DNA from: a virus | Reading direction: 5' to 3' (one strand) | DNA: 64,000 nucleotides | Virus record (IMG/VR): IMGVR_UViG_3300042698_000029 | Span: 32,001 to 96,000 of that record | Shown here: one piece after another, positions 28,084 to 38,061 of the stretch | Numbering within the stretch: position 1 is the stretch's first letter | How the letters are laid out: every line of letters starts with the position of its first letter | Position numbers and translations under genes: made by a program | The notes under the pieces: generated by a model | Seen by the model: the letters and a program-made list of their open reading frames with translations, nothing else | The model's database searches: none | What the model was told of the DNA's origin: nothing

Positions 28084-30117
28084 TCAGGCCGCCATCGCGA
28101 GGTTCTCCTGGTAGGCCTTGTAGTGCTTCTGCCAGGCCTTGCCCTTCTCCTTGTCGTAGCACTCGCCCCAGTTGTCGCCGGGGTTGGAGACGTCGCAGTC
28201 GAAGAAGACGTCGCGCCAGGTGACCCGGAGGCTTTCCTGGACGATCATCGCGACTTCTTCGTAGCGCGCCTTGGGTACGGACAGGACGACCTCGTCGTGT
28301 ACGACCATGAGGAGCATCTGTCGGACCCACAGCGGCATCTGCCGGACGCCGCGCATGATGATCTCCCTGGTGCCCGACTGCCCGTACAGAGCGGGACCCT
28401 GGGTGTGGGCCTGAATCGGGTCGCAGCGCATGGAGCGGCCGAAGCCGTTGTTCAGGATCCAGCCGGACTCCGCCTCCTTGCGGGCCTCGTTGGTCCAGGC
28501 GTTCAGCACCCGGTAGGTCCGGGCCCGCATCTCGAAGTACCGCTCCACAATCTCTCGCGGCAGACCGGTGTTGGCGATGGTCGAGTCGACGCCCATACCG
28601 TAGTTGACGCCGTGGCCGATGGCCTTTGCCTGGTCACGCAGGTACATCATGTTCAGCTGGATGAGCGCTTCCCGGGCCCCGATCTCCCGGGCCAGCTCCT
28701 GGAGCTCCTTGGTGCCGAGCAGGGCGACGGCCACTTCCGCGTGGGCGTCGCGGTCCCCGACGAAGAGCTTCATGTACTCGGGGTCCTGGCTCAAGGCGGC
28801 CATGATCCGCATGTCGCCCTGGGACAGGTCGGAGCACATGATGGCCTCGTCCGGCCGCCGGGGGATGATCAGGCTGCGCTGCTGGAGTCCGGCTCCCCGC
28901 TTGCCCACGTTGGTGATGGAGGGCTGGATGAAGGCAACCCTGCGGCTGACCTGGAGGTCACCGATCTTGGAGTGCACCATGCCGTCGGGACCCGTCTTGT
29001 TGCGGATCTCGGCGAACTTGCGGGACTTGCCGGAGATGACGGTGGCGAGCTGACACATCTCCTGCACTCGTGGGTTGTCCGGGTACAGCTGGCGCAGCCC
29101 GGCCCGGCGCTCGCGCACCTTGCGGATCTGGATGTACGACTCCTTGTTGCGGCTGTCGTACCTCTTTTGCTCCTTCTCCACGGTCACCACCCAGTCACCT
29201 TCGGACAGGGCGTCCTTGGCCGTGGTGACCTTGCCCGTATTGGGCGTGCGAGGAATGTCCTCCGGTGCCACCCCGGCCGCCAGGAGACCGGCCTCGAAGG
29301 CTTCACGCCCGAGGTTCGTCGCCAGAGGAGCTTCACCTGTCTCGGGGATTCCCGGGCACAGCTCCGTGAGCTGCATGCGGGCCTCGGCGACCTTGGCGTT
29401 CTCTTCAGCCACCCGCAGGTCGGCGGTCGGGATGTGGATGCGGCAACCGTGGTAGGTCATGCGGTTCAGGTTGCGGAAGTTCTCCAGCTCGTCACGGGAC
29501 ACACTGCGGTTCAGGTGCCTCCACAGCTTGCGGAAGACGTCCTGGGTGGAGATGAGGTCGCCTTCCAAGTACTCGATCAGCTCCGGGTCCCACCAGGGGA
29601 TCAGGTGGTACGCACCCAGCTCCTTGTACTTGGCGCGCACGGCCCGCTTGGCCGCCTGTGCCTCGCGTCCGGTGAGTCCTTCAGCCGCCTCGGCCGCCAT
29701 CTCCTCGATCACGCGGTTCGACAGGCGCTTGGCGGAGTCGGTCTTGCCCTCGACGCCGACGCGCTCGGCGATGGCCTGGAGGTTGTACAGGACCGTCGGC
29801 ATGGTCTTCGGCGCCGGAGGGTGCTCTTCCTGGGCGAGCACCATGATGTCGAAGGCTTTGGCCATCAGGGCTTCGTAGTTGCCCCCCGCGTGCACGCACA
29901 GGGCCGGGATGTCGAACGCGTAGATGTTCTGGCCGTAAATGATGTCGGCGGCCATCAGAACTTCGAGCAGTTCGGCAGGATCGTTGGTGACGTGCGTGAC
30001 GCCGTCTTCGATCCAGCCGCACAGAACGATGTACGGTTCGGGTTGGTCCCAGACGTAGAGGCGCTCTGCGGTCCCTGTTTCCAGGTCGAAGCCTACGATC
30101 CTCTTCTTCGGGTTCAT
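28084..30117 (-). CDS. Family A DNA polymerase with 3'-5' exonuclease
   Basis: Exo motifs FDLET, GQNIYAFD, YLEGD; polymerase motifs DLSQGDMR, RDQAKAIGHGVNYGMG, VHDEV. Confidence 0.95.
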   Translation of the reverse strand: MNPKKRIVGFDLETGTAERLYVWDQPEPYIVLCGWIEDGVTHVTNDPAELLEVLMAADIIYGQNIYAFDIPALCVHAGGNYEALMAKAFDIMVLAQEEHPPAPKTMPTVLYNLQAIAERVGVEGKTDSAKRLSNRVIEEMAAEAAEGLTGREAQAAKRAVRAKYKELGAYHLIPWWDPELIEYLEGDLISTQDVFRKLWRHLNRSVSRDELENFRNLNRMTYHGCRIHIPTADLRVAEENAKVAEARMQLTELCPGIPETGEAPLATNLGREAFEAGLLAAGVAPEDIPRTPNTGKVTTAKDALSEGDWVVTVEKEQKRYDSRNKESYIQIRKVRERRAGLRQLYPDNPRVQEMCQLATVISGKSRKFAEIRNKTGPDGMVHSKIGDLQVSRRVAFIQPSITNVGKRGAGLQQRSLIIPRRPDEAIMCSDLSQGDMRIMAALSQDPEYMKLFVGDRDAHAEVAVALLGTKELQELAREIGAREALIQLNMMYLRDQAKAIGHGVNYGMGVDSTIANTGLPREIVERYFEMRARTYRVLNAWTNEARKEAESGWILNNGFGRSMRCDPIQAHTQGPALYGQSGTREIIMRGVRQMPLWVRQMLLMVVHDEVVLSVPKARYEEVAMIVQESLRVTWRDVFFDCDVSNPGDNWGECYDKEKGKAWQKHYKAYQENLAMAA

Positions 30118-31052
30118 CTCTCCTCCTCACAGGGGCAGTTGCGCAGGTGCCTCGGACGTTCCTCGTCCAGTGCCCGGATCCCCCACAGCTGTTCCCAGCG
30201 CCGGATGGTGCCATGTGCCTTGGCATCATCGCCGGGACACCCCGGGTCGAGTCCTCCGATACGCATGTGGAACGGTGTCTCGCCTGGTAGCGGGACCGCT
30301 GCCTGGTGGGTTTTGAGCAGCGCCAGAGAGCTTCCCCCGAGCCGCATGCGCGTCTCGGGGTCCAGGTCAAAGCGTGGGTCGAACTCTTTACGGATCCTCT
30401 TGCGATGATAAGAGGCCCAGGGATCCAGGGGTACGACCGCTCCGTGTGAGATGTCGCACTCCTGTGGGTAGAACCATTCGCCTTTCTCCGGCTTTTTCAG
30501 CAGGTCACGGGGTACGCCGGAGATGCGGGAGAGCAGGGCGGCGGGAACCTTGGCGGAGGCGAAGAGGGTGACGGTCTGCCGGTAGGCCGTCATGCCGTCG
30601 GCGGAGGCGTCGAGCAGGTCGCGTACTACCTCCGACGAGCAGGTGCCCAGGACGCGGCTGGCCGGGGCCGAGGGTACGGGGATCATCCACTTGGTGACGG
30701 TGCTGGAGGCGACGCCGGTGAGGGCGGCCAGGTGCGGGGCGGAGAACAGGCGCAGCACGGACAGGACTTCGACGGCCTGGCGGACGGTGTCGCGCGAGGT
30801 GGACTTGCGCTTGCTCATGCGGTGCGCCCACCAGGCCAGGGCCAGGATCTCGCCCAGTTCGGAGCGGGTGTAGCGGTAGGTGTAGTGGGCGTCGTTCTTG
30901 GCGGTCCGGGCCTTCTTTCCCGCGACCGATCCCGGGGCTGTGGACGCCCGCCTGACGGCGTCCTCCATGTAGGTGAGTGTCTGGGGAGGGAGGAGTCCGC
31001 CGAGGGCCTGTGCGACGCGTCCAGAGGCGGTGACGGGCCGGGCCTGCCCCAT
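30114..31052 (-). CDS. Hypothetical protein with HTH-like segments
   Basis: LFSAPHLAALTGVASSTV and LLSRISGVP; GGAG RBS; coupled to the polymerase gene. Confidence 0.6.
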   Translation of the reverse strand: MGQARPVTASGRVAQALGGLLPPQTLTYMEDAVRRASTAPGSVAGKKARTAKNDAHYTYRYTRSELGEILALAWWAHRMSKRKSTSRDTVRQAVEVLSVLRLFSAPHLAALTGVASSTVTKWMIPVPSAPASRVLGTCSSEVVRDLLDASADGMTAYRQTVTLFASAKVPAALLSRISGVPRDLLKKPEKGEWFYPQECDISHGAVVPLDPWASYHRKRIRKEFDPRFDLDPETRMRLGGSSLALLKTHQAAVPLPGETPFHMRIGGLDPGCPGDDAKAHGTIRRWEQLWGIRALDEERPRHLRNCPCEEER

Positions 31053-31074
31053 GGCGGACTCCTCCCTCCGACAG

Positions 31075-33357
31075 TCACTTGCCCAGGTAGGTGATGTGCA
31101 CGGTGTCGCGCTTCTTGGGGTGCATCGCGGTCTGGATGATCGATGCCGTCTCCAGCGCCTTCAGGTGCTTCTTGAAGTCCGGGTAGTCCATGTTCCGGCG
31201 GAACCGGCGGAAGACGTCGGACTCGGTGATGACCCCTCGTTCGCCGAGCTCCTTGATCGTCGCAAGGATTCGTTCCTGTGCGTCGTACCCGGCGTTTCCG
31301 GTGATGCGGGTCGCCACGGTGTACGCCGACTGGAACCACTCCTCGGAGTACTGGATGGCCCGCAGCACGTGGTCGATGTCCACCCGGGGCTGCTGCTCGA
31401 CCATCGCGAAGAGGACCGACAGGCGCATCACCGCGAACGCCAGGCGGGCTGCGATCGGCCGGATCAGCTCCTTCATCGAGGGATCCGGGCAGTAGCGGAT
31501 CACGTAGTCCTGGAAGAGATTCCACCGCACGTTGGCTTCCGGGGTGAAACGGATCTTCTTGAACGCCCCCGGATCCAGTCCCCGTTCGTTGTGCCAGTAC
31601 GAGCGGGCGGCGCACAGTTCGTGGATCAGCTTGTCGCGCTCCGGGTCACCGAAGAGGTCGTCTTCGTCGTCTCCGGTGAGGTCCAGGTACAGGCTGCCCT
31701 CGACCGGCTCGCCCGGGTCCGCGACGGCGTACAGGAAGCGGGTCAGGAAGCCTGACTTGATCAAGTCCTCGGTCAGGACCCGGGTCATCCGGTCCGTGGT
31801 GGCGCAGGCGTACAGCACGAAGTTGGTGGTGGCCTCCTCGACAGTGTCGCCGTCGCCCTGCTCCTCGGCGGATCCGTCGCCGACGCGGATGCGCTTGGGC
31901 ACCCGGCCGTTGAACAGGTCCGTGAGAACTTCCAGCGTGCCGGACTTGGCCGGGCTCTTGAAGATCTCCTCGAACATGCCGTCGGCTTCGTCGCGGGCCA
32001 CGAGCGAGGACCGGCCGCTGCGTCCGGCAAGGGAGACCGACAGGGCCTCCTTGGTGAAGTCGGAGGCGATGTAGTAGCTGGAGAACTTGCGGTCGTGGGT
32101 GGATGCCAGGGCGTCCTTGGCGAGGTTCATGGCTGTGGTCTTGCGGGCCCAGGTCGTGGGGCCCAGCACCATGCCCCACAGGGTCAGACGGTCTCCGTTG
32201 GGGCAGGCGCCGAACTCTCCGAAGATGGACGACAGGATGATCGCCGCGTTCAGCCGGTGGTAGATGTGCGGGGCGTCGGTCTGCGTGGAGGCCCACCTCT
32301 CGTACCGGCTGATGAAGCTCTCCGGTCCCAGCTGCATGGCCTCTTCGTCGGAGATGAACTCCGGCCGGGGGATCTCCGGGGATCCTCCGGTGACCGACAG
32401 CATGGAGGTGACGCGTTCGCGCATCCGGGGAACGGCGACGTTGGCCGGGTCGGTGTAGAGGCGCAGGACGTCCTTCCACGTCTTGACCTCGCCATCGGTA
32501 TCGCCTCCCCACTTGCTGCTGGGGTCGCGGTGCGGGTTGCAGGCCGCCTCCCACGCCATGTGCAGCGCGGTGGGCTTGGACACGCCGTGCTGCGAGAGCA
32601 GTGCCAGCAGCCGGTCAAGGCCGTCCTGCTCGCGCCGTACGGACCGGCCACCGCACAGCTCCTCGACGGGGCGGGACACCTTCCGTACGGCGCGGGACTC
32701 CAGCATGGAGGCGGTGGTGCACCACCAGCTCTCCGGCATCGGCTCCAGAGGAATCCCGGCTTCTTCGTCCGAGAGATCGGGGTAGGCCGACCGCAGGGAC
32801 TCGCGCGTCATGGGCATCCCGAACCGGACGACCTCGACCTCGCAGCCCCGGGAGGAGTTCGCCGAGCCCGGTACCCGCATCTGGGTGAGGGAGGCGTAGG
32901 AGTCGGTAAGGCAGCCGTCGGTTACGTGGTGGTAGGCCAGGGCCTGGGAAGTGCGCTCCGCCTCGGCGGCCCCGGGGCTGTCGGTGACCCAGTACACCTG
33001 GTGTTCGCCGGGTGCCGTGGCCACCACGATGGTGGGTTCGGCCAGCAGCTTGGCCAGGCCCATCGTTCCCGTGGAGGCGCTGGCGGCCCACCGGCGGCCG
33101 ATGTATTTCTCCTCCACCGCCATGGGTGCCGTGAACAGGCAGGGCGTGGTGAACAGGTCGATCTTCTCGTTGGAGTTGCACCACGCGATCAGCTGTTCGC
33201 GCTGGGAGGGCCAGGCGAAGGAGTGGTGCTGGGTGGGACCGGCTTTGGGGTTGTACGCGCCGCCCGGGTAGCAGGAGATGGTGATGTATCCCAGGTCGGT
33301 CCCCTGGGAGTCGCCAACGGGGAAGAGCGTGTCGAAAAAGACAGGGGTGAAGCTCAC
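31075..33357 (-). CDS. Primase-helicase (RepB-like primase N-terminus plus DUF3987-like ATPase)
   Basis: PTIVVATAPGEHQVYW, MRVPGSAN, GPTTWARKTT, RDEADG, SGFLTRFLY. Confidence 0.8.
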   Translation of the reverse strand: MSFTPVFFDTLFPVGDSQGTDLGYITISCYPGGAYNPKAGPTQHHSFAWPSQREQLIAWCNSNEKIDLFTTPCLFTAPMAVEEKYIGRRWAASASTGTMGLAKLLAEPTIVVATAPGEHQVYWVTDSPGAAEAERTSQALAYHHVTDGCLTDSYASLTQMRVPGSANSSRGCEVEVVRFGMPMTRESLRSAYPDLSDEEAGIPLEPMPESWWCTTASMLESRAVRKVSRPVEELCGGRSVRREQDGLDRLLALLSQHGVSKPTALHMAWEAACNPHRDPSSKWGGDTDGEVKTWKDVLRLYTDPANVAVPRMRERVTSMLSVTGGSPEIPRPEFISDEEAMQLGPESFISRYERWASTQTDAPHIYHRLNAAIILSSIFGEFGACPNGDRLTLWGMVLGPTTWARKTTAMNLAKDALASTHDRKFSSYYIASDFTKEALSVSLAGRSGRSSLVARDEADGMFEEIFKSPAKSGTLEVLTDLFNGRVPKRIRVGDGSAEEQGDGDTVEEATTNFVLYACATTDRMTRVLTEDLIKSGFLTRFLYAVADPGEPVEGSLYLDLTGDDEDDLFGDPERDKLIHELCAARSYWHNERGLDPGAFKKIRFTPEANVRWNLFQDYVIRYCPDPSMKELIRPIAARLAFAVMRLSVLFAMVEQQPRVDIDHVLRAIQYSEEWFQSAYTVATRITGNAGYDAQERILATIKELGERGVITESDVFRRFRRNMDYPDFKKHLKALETASIIQTAMHPKKRDTVHITYLGK

Positions 33358-33467
33358 GGAGTTCTCCTTATGTCCTGGTCAGGGAACCACGAGGGCGGGA
33401 AGGAATGATCTCCTTCCCGCCCTCGTGGTGTGCCGTTCCCTGACGGGGGGACGTCAGATTTTTCAGG

Positions 33468-34895
33468 CTACGCCTCGTTGGTCGCGAGGTGCCACGCCGA
33501 GTCGGCGCCGTAGCGGAGCTGGACGAGTTCGCCGGACTCGGAGTCCACGTCGAGGGTGTCCACGACGGTTCCCGGGGTGACCGGGGTGTCGCCGATGGCG
33601 AGGAGACCGACGTGGTGCCACTGCACCTGGTAGTGAGGGGTGGCGTCCTTGCCCTCTTCCTTCACCGAGAGCATCCGGTTGGGGACCGGCGCGATGGTGC
33701 GGGGCGAGAGGCGCTCGGAGCGGATGAGGTCCTTGGGGTCCTGCGAGGAGGAGTCCTTGGGGGCCGGGACCTTGGCGAGGTGGGTGTACTCGGAGCCGTT
33801 GAAGGTCAGGATCTCGGTGCCCGGCTTCTGGCCGTAACCGGTCTCGCTGTCGAAGATCGGGTCGTCGCTTCCGAAGGTGGCCTTGCCTCCCTGGGTGTGC
33901 TCCATCTCGTCGCCGTGCTCGTTCTTGAAGACGGCCCCGGCGACGGTGGCCTCGTTGCGGGCGGGGTTGTAGTAGGTGAGCTTGAGGAACCGGGCGCGGG
34001 CCAGGCGGGCTTCGGTGTCGATGGCGGCAGCCTTCTGGTCGTCGTCCAGGCTGCTGCTGTCGAGCTCGTTGTTGAGCTTCTCCACGGCCTTGTTGACGGC
34101 CTTCTCCAGGCCAGCCTCGTCGTAGACGGGGCGCAGGACGGTGGTGTTGCCGTCGTCGTCGGAGTGGATCGCGTACTCCGGGTCGTCCAGCATCTCGTCC
34201 TCGACCTTGGTAACCACCGTGTAGGGCAGGTCGGAGAAGTGGTGGCCGTTGACGGGGGAGACCAGGGCGCAGTATTCGCCGTAGACGGCGGGGAGGGAGA
34301 ATTCCTTCTCCCGGGCGGGGGCGTGGTACAGCTGGCCCATGAAGACCTGGTACTCCAGCTGCTCCGGCAGGGTGGACCAGGAGACCTTCTGACCGCCCTG
34401 GGTGGCGAGCCCGGTGCCGACGACGAGACGCTGGAGGGTGGAGACCGGCGGCTTGGCATTGGGGTTGGGCTTGCGGTTGGACTCGCGCGGCTTGAACTTC
34501 TTGTCGAGGTACAGCCGGAAGGGCCACTGGCGTCCGCCGAAGGCGTTGGTCAGGAAGGCGGCGGAGACGATGATCTGCGGGTTCTCGGAGTCGTAGTACG
34601 GGTCGCCGGGCTCCTTGGCGACGGCCATCTGGATCTCGAAGGGGAGCCAGGTGTCGACGGGCGCCGGGATCGCGTTGGCGAAGTTGACGACGGGGACGAA
34701 GGCGTCGTCGGTGATCTCGATCAGGTCGTCATCGTCGTCGCCGTCGTCCTCGGGGGCGCTGTCCGGGGTGGTGTCCTCCGGGGCGCTGTCCTGCGGCTCG
34801 TTGTCGAAGCTGGGGTCGTCGTCGGTGGACTCGCTGAGGGCGTCCTCGGGAAGGTCCATCACGTCGTCGTTCGGGGTCTCGGTTGCGGTGCTCAT
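33468..34895 (-). CDS. Acidic hypothetical protein in the replication cluster (SSB/accessory candidate)
   Basis: GGAG RBS; Asp-rich N-terminus; strong GC3 codon bias. Confidence 0.65.
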   Translation of the reverse strand: MSTATETPNDDVMDLPEDALSESTDDDPSFDNEPQDSAPEDTTPDSAPEDDGDDDDDLIEITDDAFVPVVNFANAIPAPVDTWLPFEIQMAVAKEPGDPYYDSENPQIIVSAAFLTNAFGGRQWPFRLYLDKKFKPRESNRKPNPNAKPPVSTLQRLVVGTGLATQGGQKVSWSTLPEQLEYQVFMGQLYHAPAREKEFSLPAVYGEYCALVSPVNGHHFSDLPYTVVTKVEDEMLDDPEYAIHSDDDGNTTVLRPVYDEAGLEKAVNKAVEKLNNELDSSSLDDDQKAAAIDTEARLARARFLKLTYYNPARNEATVAGAVFKNEHGDEMEHTQGGKATFGSDDPIFDSETGYGQKPGTEILTFNGSEYTHLAKVPAPKDSSSQDPKDLIRSERLSPRTIAPVPNRMLSVKEEGKDATPHYQVQWHHVGLLAIGDTPVTPGTVVDTLDVDSESGELVQLRYGADSAWHLATNEA

Positions 34896-34962
34896 GGCTT
34901 CTCCTCCGGTGCGATCGGTCTTGCTGCCTGTGCCGGGCTTCGTGCGGGGGTTCGTGCTGCTG

Positions 34963-36003
34963 CTAGGCAAGGGTCTTCTCCAGGATGGCCATGGCGCCTC
35001 GCAGCGGGCGGCTGGCTTCCTTGCCGCCGGGTTCGAGGGCGGGGATGTTGACGGTTTCGCTCTCGTTGCCGTTGCGTGCCATCTCCGCCTTCAGCTTGTT
35101 CAGCTCCGTCCGGACGTCGGCGCTGCTCTTGCCGTCGCGGTGGGCGTTCTTGACGAGGGTCAGCGCGCTGGCGAAGATCTCCTGCGCTGGGCGCTTGCCG
35201 GTGGTCTTCACGGGGGTCGCCGGGGTCTTGGCAGCGGGAGTGGTGACGGCGGCCTTCACCGACAGGGGCGCCTTGGCTGCGGCGGGTGCCGTGGCCGGTG
35301 CGGTCTTCTTCGGGGCGGACGCCAGCACCTTGTCGGGGTTGGGCTCGGAGACGGTGAGCGACTTCTCCGGCGTGGGGATGGCCCGGGAGTACTGGGCGGT
35401 GGTGATGATCGGGGTGCCGTCCTCGGACACGTCGGCCCCCAGCTCTTCCGGGGTGTACTTGGCGACGCCGAGGACTTCACCGCACGCCATACGGACGCAT
35501 TCGGCGTCGGCGCGGTGGCGGAGCATCGCCCGGGTGAAGCGGTACCAGGCGGCCATCTTCTTCGAGGAGTCGTACAGCCCGGCGCTCTTGGCCTGGCCCA
35601 GGGACCAGGTGACGGAGTGCTCGTACCCCGGGTCGTCCTTGCGGACGATGGTGGTGGTGATCCGGTAGTCGTCCTTGCCGGGGACGCCCTCTTCCTTGTG
35701 ACGGACCGTGTGGCCGAACATCCGCGCCCGCATGATCATGTAGTCGGCGGATGCGCTGATCTTCGGGCCGTTCTGGCCCTCCACGATGTAGAGGTTGTTG
35801 ACGGCGGTGACGTAACCCATTTCGAGCTCGTTGGCCGCCATGAGGAACAGGAAGCAGTTCTGCTTCTTGCCTCGCAGCATCGGGGGGACGAGGTCGGATT
35901 CCGAGAACCGTTCCGCCAGGTCGTCCATTCCCTGGAACGTGCTGGTCTGCACAGCCGCGAGACCCGACGGTCCGATGCTGGACAGCTCCGTACTTGCGCT
36001 CAT
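34963..36003 (-). CDS. RecT-like single-strand annealing protein
   Basis: LVPPMLRGK, LYIVEG, AKSAGL, W..FTRAML..RA..EC.RMACGEVLG..YTPEELG. Confidence 0.8.
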   Translation of the reverse strand: MSASTELSSIGPSGLAAVQTSTFQGMDDLAERFSESDLVPPMLRGKKQNCFLFLMAANELEMGYVTAVNNLYIVEGQNGPKISASADYMIMRARMFGHTVRHKEEGVPGKDDYRITTTIVRKDDPGYEHSVTWSLGQAKSAGLYDSSKKMAAWYRFTRAMLRHRADAECVRMACGEVLGVAKYTPEELGADVSEDGTPIITTAQYSRAIPTPEKSLTVSEPNPDKVLASAPKKTAPATAPAAAKAPLSVKAAVTTPAAKTPATPVKTTGKRPAQEIFASALTLVKNAHRDGKSSADVRTELNKLKAEMARNGNESETVNIPALEPGGKEASRPLRGAMAILEKTLA

Positions 36004-36122
36004 TCGCTTTCCCTCCTTCACAAGGGTTTCCCACGAATTTCCGACTGTGCCGTGATTCGGATCTCGTGTTCTTCTGACAGCCAGCTTACCGGTGTCCGGA
36101 CAGTTTTGGACTGTGTGCTCCA

Positions 36123-36854
36123 TCACACCCGGAGCGTCTTGCAGGTGTAGCAGTCACTTCCGATGGCAAGGCTGGTCACTCCGAAGATGCGCAGCTTCTC
36201 GGCGGTCCGCGCCACTCGGTCGATGACCCCGAGAGCCCGGTCCCGGTCGTAGCGGCGCGTGACGGTGCTGATCTCACCGAGGTCGTCCGAGTACCGGGGA
36301 AGGATGACCAGACTAACCGCTTCGACCGGTTTGCCCGACCTCTCCACACCGAGGCCGTAGAGCATCGTCTGATCCCACATCTTCTCCAGGCGCGGATCCT
36401 GGAGGCCTTCGGTCCGGGCAAGTTCCTCCTGATGAAGGAGCTTGTGGACGGCTTCCTTGTCGAGCTTGGTCTTGTAGTCGACCACCTCCGCCCACTCGGG
36501 GACGTAGCAGTCGGTGTGACCCCACACGTCTCCGAGGCCCGGGATGGCCGCGATCATCAGGGTGAGCTCACGGAGGGTGAAGACCTCGGCCTCCAGAGCC
36601 TCCATCGCGCGGTCGAGCTTCTCGTGAATGGCGGTGCCGACCCAGGCCGCGTAGGAAAAGCGGCGGCGTACCGAGACGCGGGACGTGCCTTTCTGGACGA
36701 GGAGAATTTTCTCCCCGAGACAGAACTCGCACCGTTCACCGAGTTCGCTGGGGCCCAGCATCTTCTGCTGGTCACGGGCGGATCTCCCAGAAATTGCGGA
36801 AACCACCAGAGTGTTGGTGCGTTTGGCTCTTGATTCCAGTTCAGTTTGATCCAC
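36123..36854 (-). CDS. Cas4-like PD-(D/E)XK exonuclease
   Basis: GPSELGERC, GTAIH, GHTD, VVDYKT, QTMLYG, terminal CYTC. Confidence 0.85.
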   Translation of the reverse strand: MDQTELESRAKRTNTLVVSAISGRSARDQQKMLGPSELGERCEFCLGEKILLVQKGTSRVSVRRRFSYAAWVGTAIHEKLDRAMEALEAEVFTLRELTLMIAAIPGLGDVWGHTDCYVPEWAEVVDYKTKLDKEAVHKLLHQEELARTEGLQDPRLEKMWDQTMLYGLGVERSGKPVEAVSLVILPRYSDDLGEISTVTRRYDRDRALGVIDRVARTAEKLRIFGVTSLAIGSDCYTCKTLRV

Positions 36855-36904
36855 GGAAAGAGCCTAGACCCGGGGTCTGACAATGCCCAGGGACGTGCAT
36901 TCGG

Positions 36905-37609
36905 CTAAGGTGTGACGTTCCTCTCATTCAATAGGGCCTTCATCTTTTCTGGGTTGCCGAAGGCCGTGGCGTAGCGGTCGTACAGCTCGCGTGAGGCCAC
37001 GGACCCCCAATGCCGGTCGAGGCGCTCCTGGGGTGCGTGGTGCAGGTGGTACAGGACCTGGGTGCCCTGTGCCGGTACCCCGGCCAGCGTCCGCAGAGCC
37101 AGCGCCCAGGACTCGTCCTCCTGACCGAATCCCGTGAAGCGCTCGTCCATGGGGACGGCCTCGTACAGCTGCCGGGGCAGGACGGTGATGCCTCCTCCTT
37201 CGCAGCCCTTGTACAGGCCCTGGTCGAGGTTGCCGTCCATCATCTGCATCCAGGGCTCGGCCCCGGCGAGGATCTTCTTGGTGGTCGGCTCGTTGAACCT
37301 GCACACCAGGTTGTGCGGCATGGCCCACCGGCAGTACTCGCCCTGGAGCCGGACGGCCCCCACCGCTACGTCGATCCCCTGACAGAAGACATCGGCGTCG
37401 GTGATGACGAGGATGCCCTCGGGGTTCACGGCGTCGAGGATCCGGCGCACCGCGACGGCCTTGGACCAGGGCTCTTCGAGCGGGGCGGCGGGGGACGTGG
37501 CGATGCGCCAGCCACGGTGGTGTACCGCGTACTGGCGCATCGTCCACGCGCGCGCCGCCAGCCGGGCCGGATCGTTCCCCGCCCATGGGATGACGACAGT
37601 TACGTCCAT
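36905..37609 (-). CDS. GT-A fold glycosyltransferase (GT2/GT7-like)
   Basis: VTVVIPW, ITDADV (DxD), GGGI, MDERFTGFGQEDE, LYHLHH. Confidence 0.85.
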   Translation of the reverse strand: MDVTVVIPWAGNDPARLAARAWTMRQYAVHHRGWRIATSPAAPLEEPWSKAVAVRRILDAVNPEGILVITDADVFCQGIDVAVGAVRLQGEYCRWAMPHNLVCRFNEPTTKKILAGAEPWMQMMDGNLDQGLYKGCEGGGITVLPRQLYEAVPMDERFTGFGQEDESWALALRTLAGVPAQGTQVLYHLHHAPQERLDRHWGSVASRELYDRYATAFGNPEKMKALLNERNVTP

Positions 37610-38061
37610 CAGTCGGTACCCTCCACGATCTCGTCCCCGGCCACGAACGGGTCAGCGAGCTTGCCGTCGGCGTCCAGGACCTTCTGCTTGGTCGAGGCTT
37701 TTCCGATCTTCACGGTCCAGTTCTCCGCCACTTCGCACAGGGACTTGTAGAGCGGGGAGTCCTCGCCGAACACCTCTTTGGCCAGAGTGGCGTCCGGCTT
37801 GACGACGGAGATCCTCCGCAGCTGCGTCTTGTTGAGAACCTTCTCAGCGAGCTGGCCCGAGAACCGGTTGGGTCGCGAAAGGACGACGCTGACGTCTCCG
37901 ACCACGCGCGTACCGGGACGCTTGGAGCGGTGACCCAGCTCCTCCTTGGCCTTCTCCAGCAGCCGCGCTACGGCGGCGTGGTGGGTGTGCAGGTGGTGGG
38001 CGTGCCTGGCCAGCTGGTCGTCGGTCAGCGTGGTGACGTCGATGTCCTCGAAGTTGCTCAT
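37609..38061 (-). CDS. Hypothetical protein
   Basis: AGGAG RBS; coupled to neighbours. Confidence 0.65.
   Translation of the reverse strand: MSNFEDIDVTTLTDDQLARHAHHLHTHHAAVARLLEKAKEELGHRSKRPGTRVVGDVSVVLSRPNRFSGQLAEKVLNKTQLRRISVVKPDATLAKEVFGEDSPLYKSLCEVAENWTVKIGKASTKQKVLDADGKLADPFVAGDEIVEGTD

Noticed and set aside
36123-36854. Cas4-like gene as evidence of a CRISPR-Cas system
   Set aside because: No array or other cas genes; adjacency to a RecT-like gene indicates a phage recombination exonuclease
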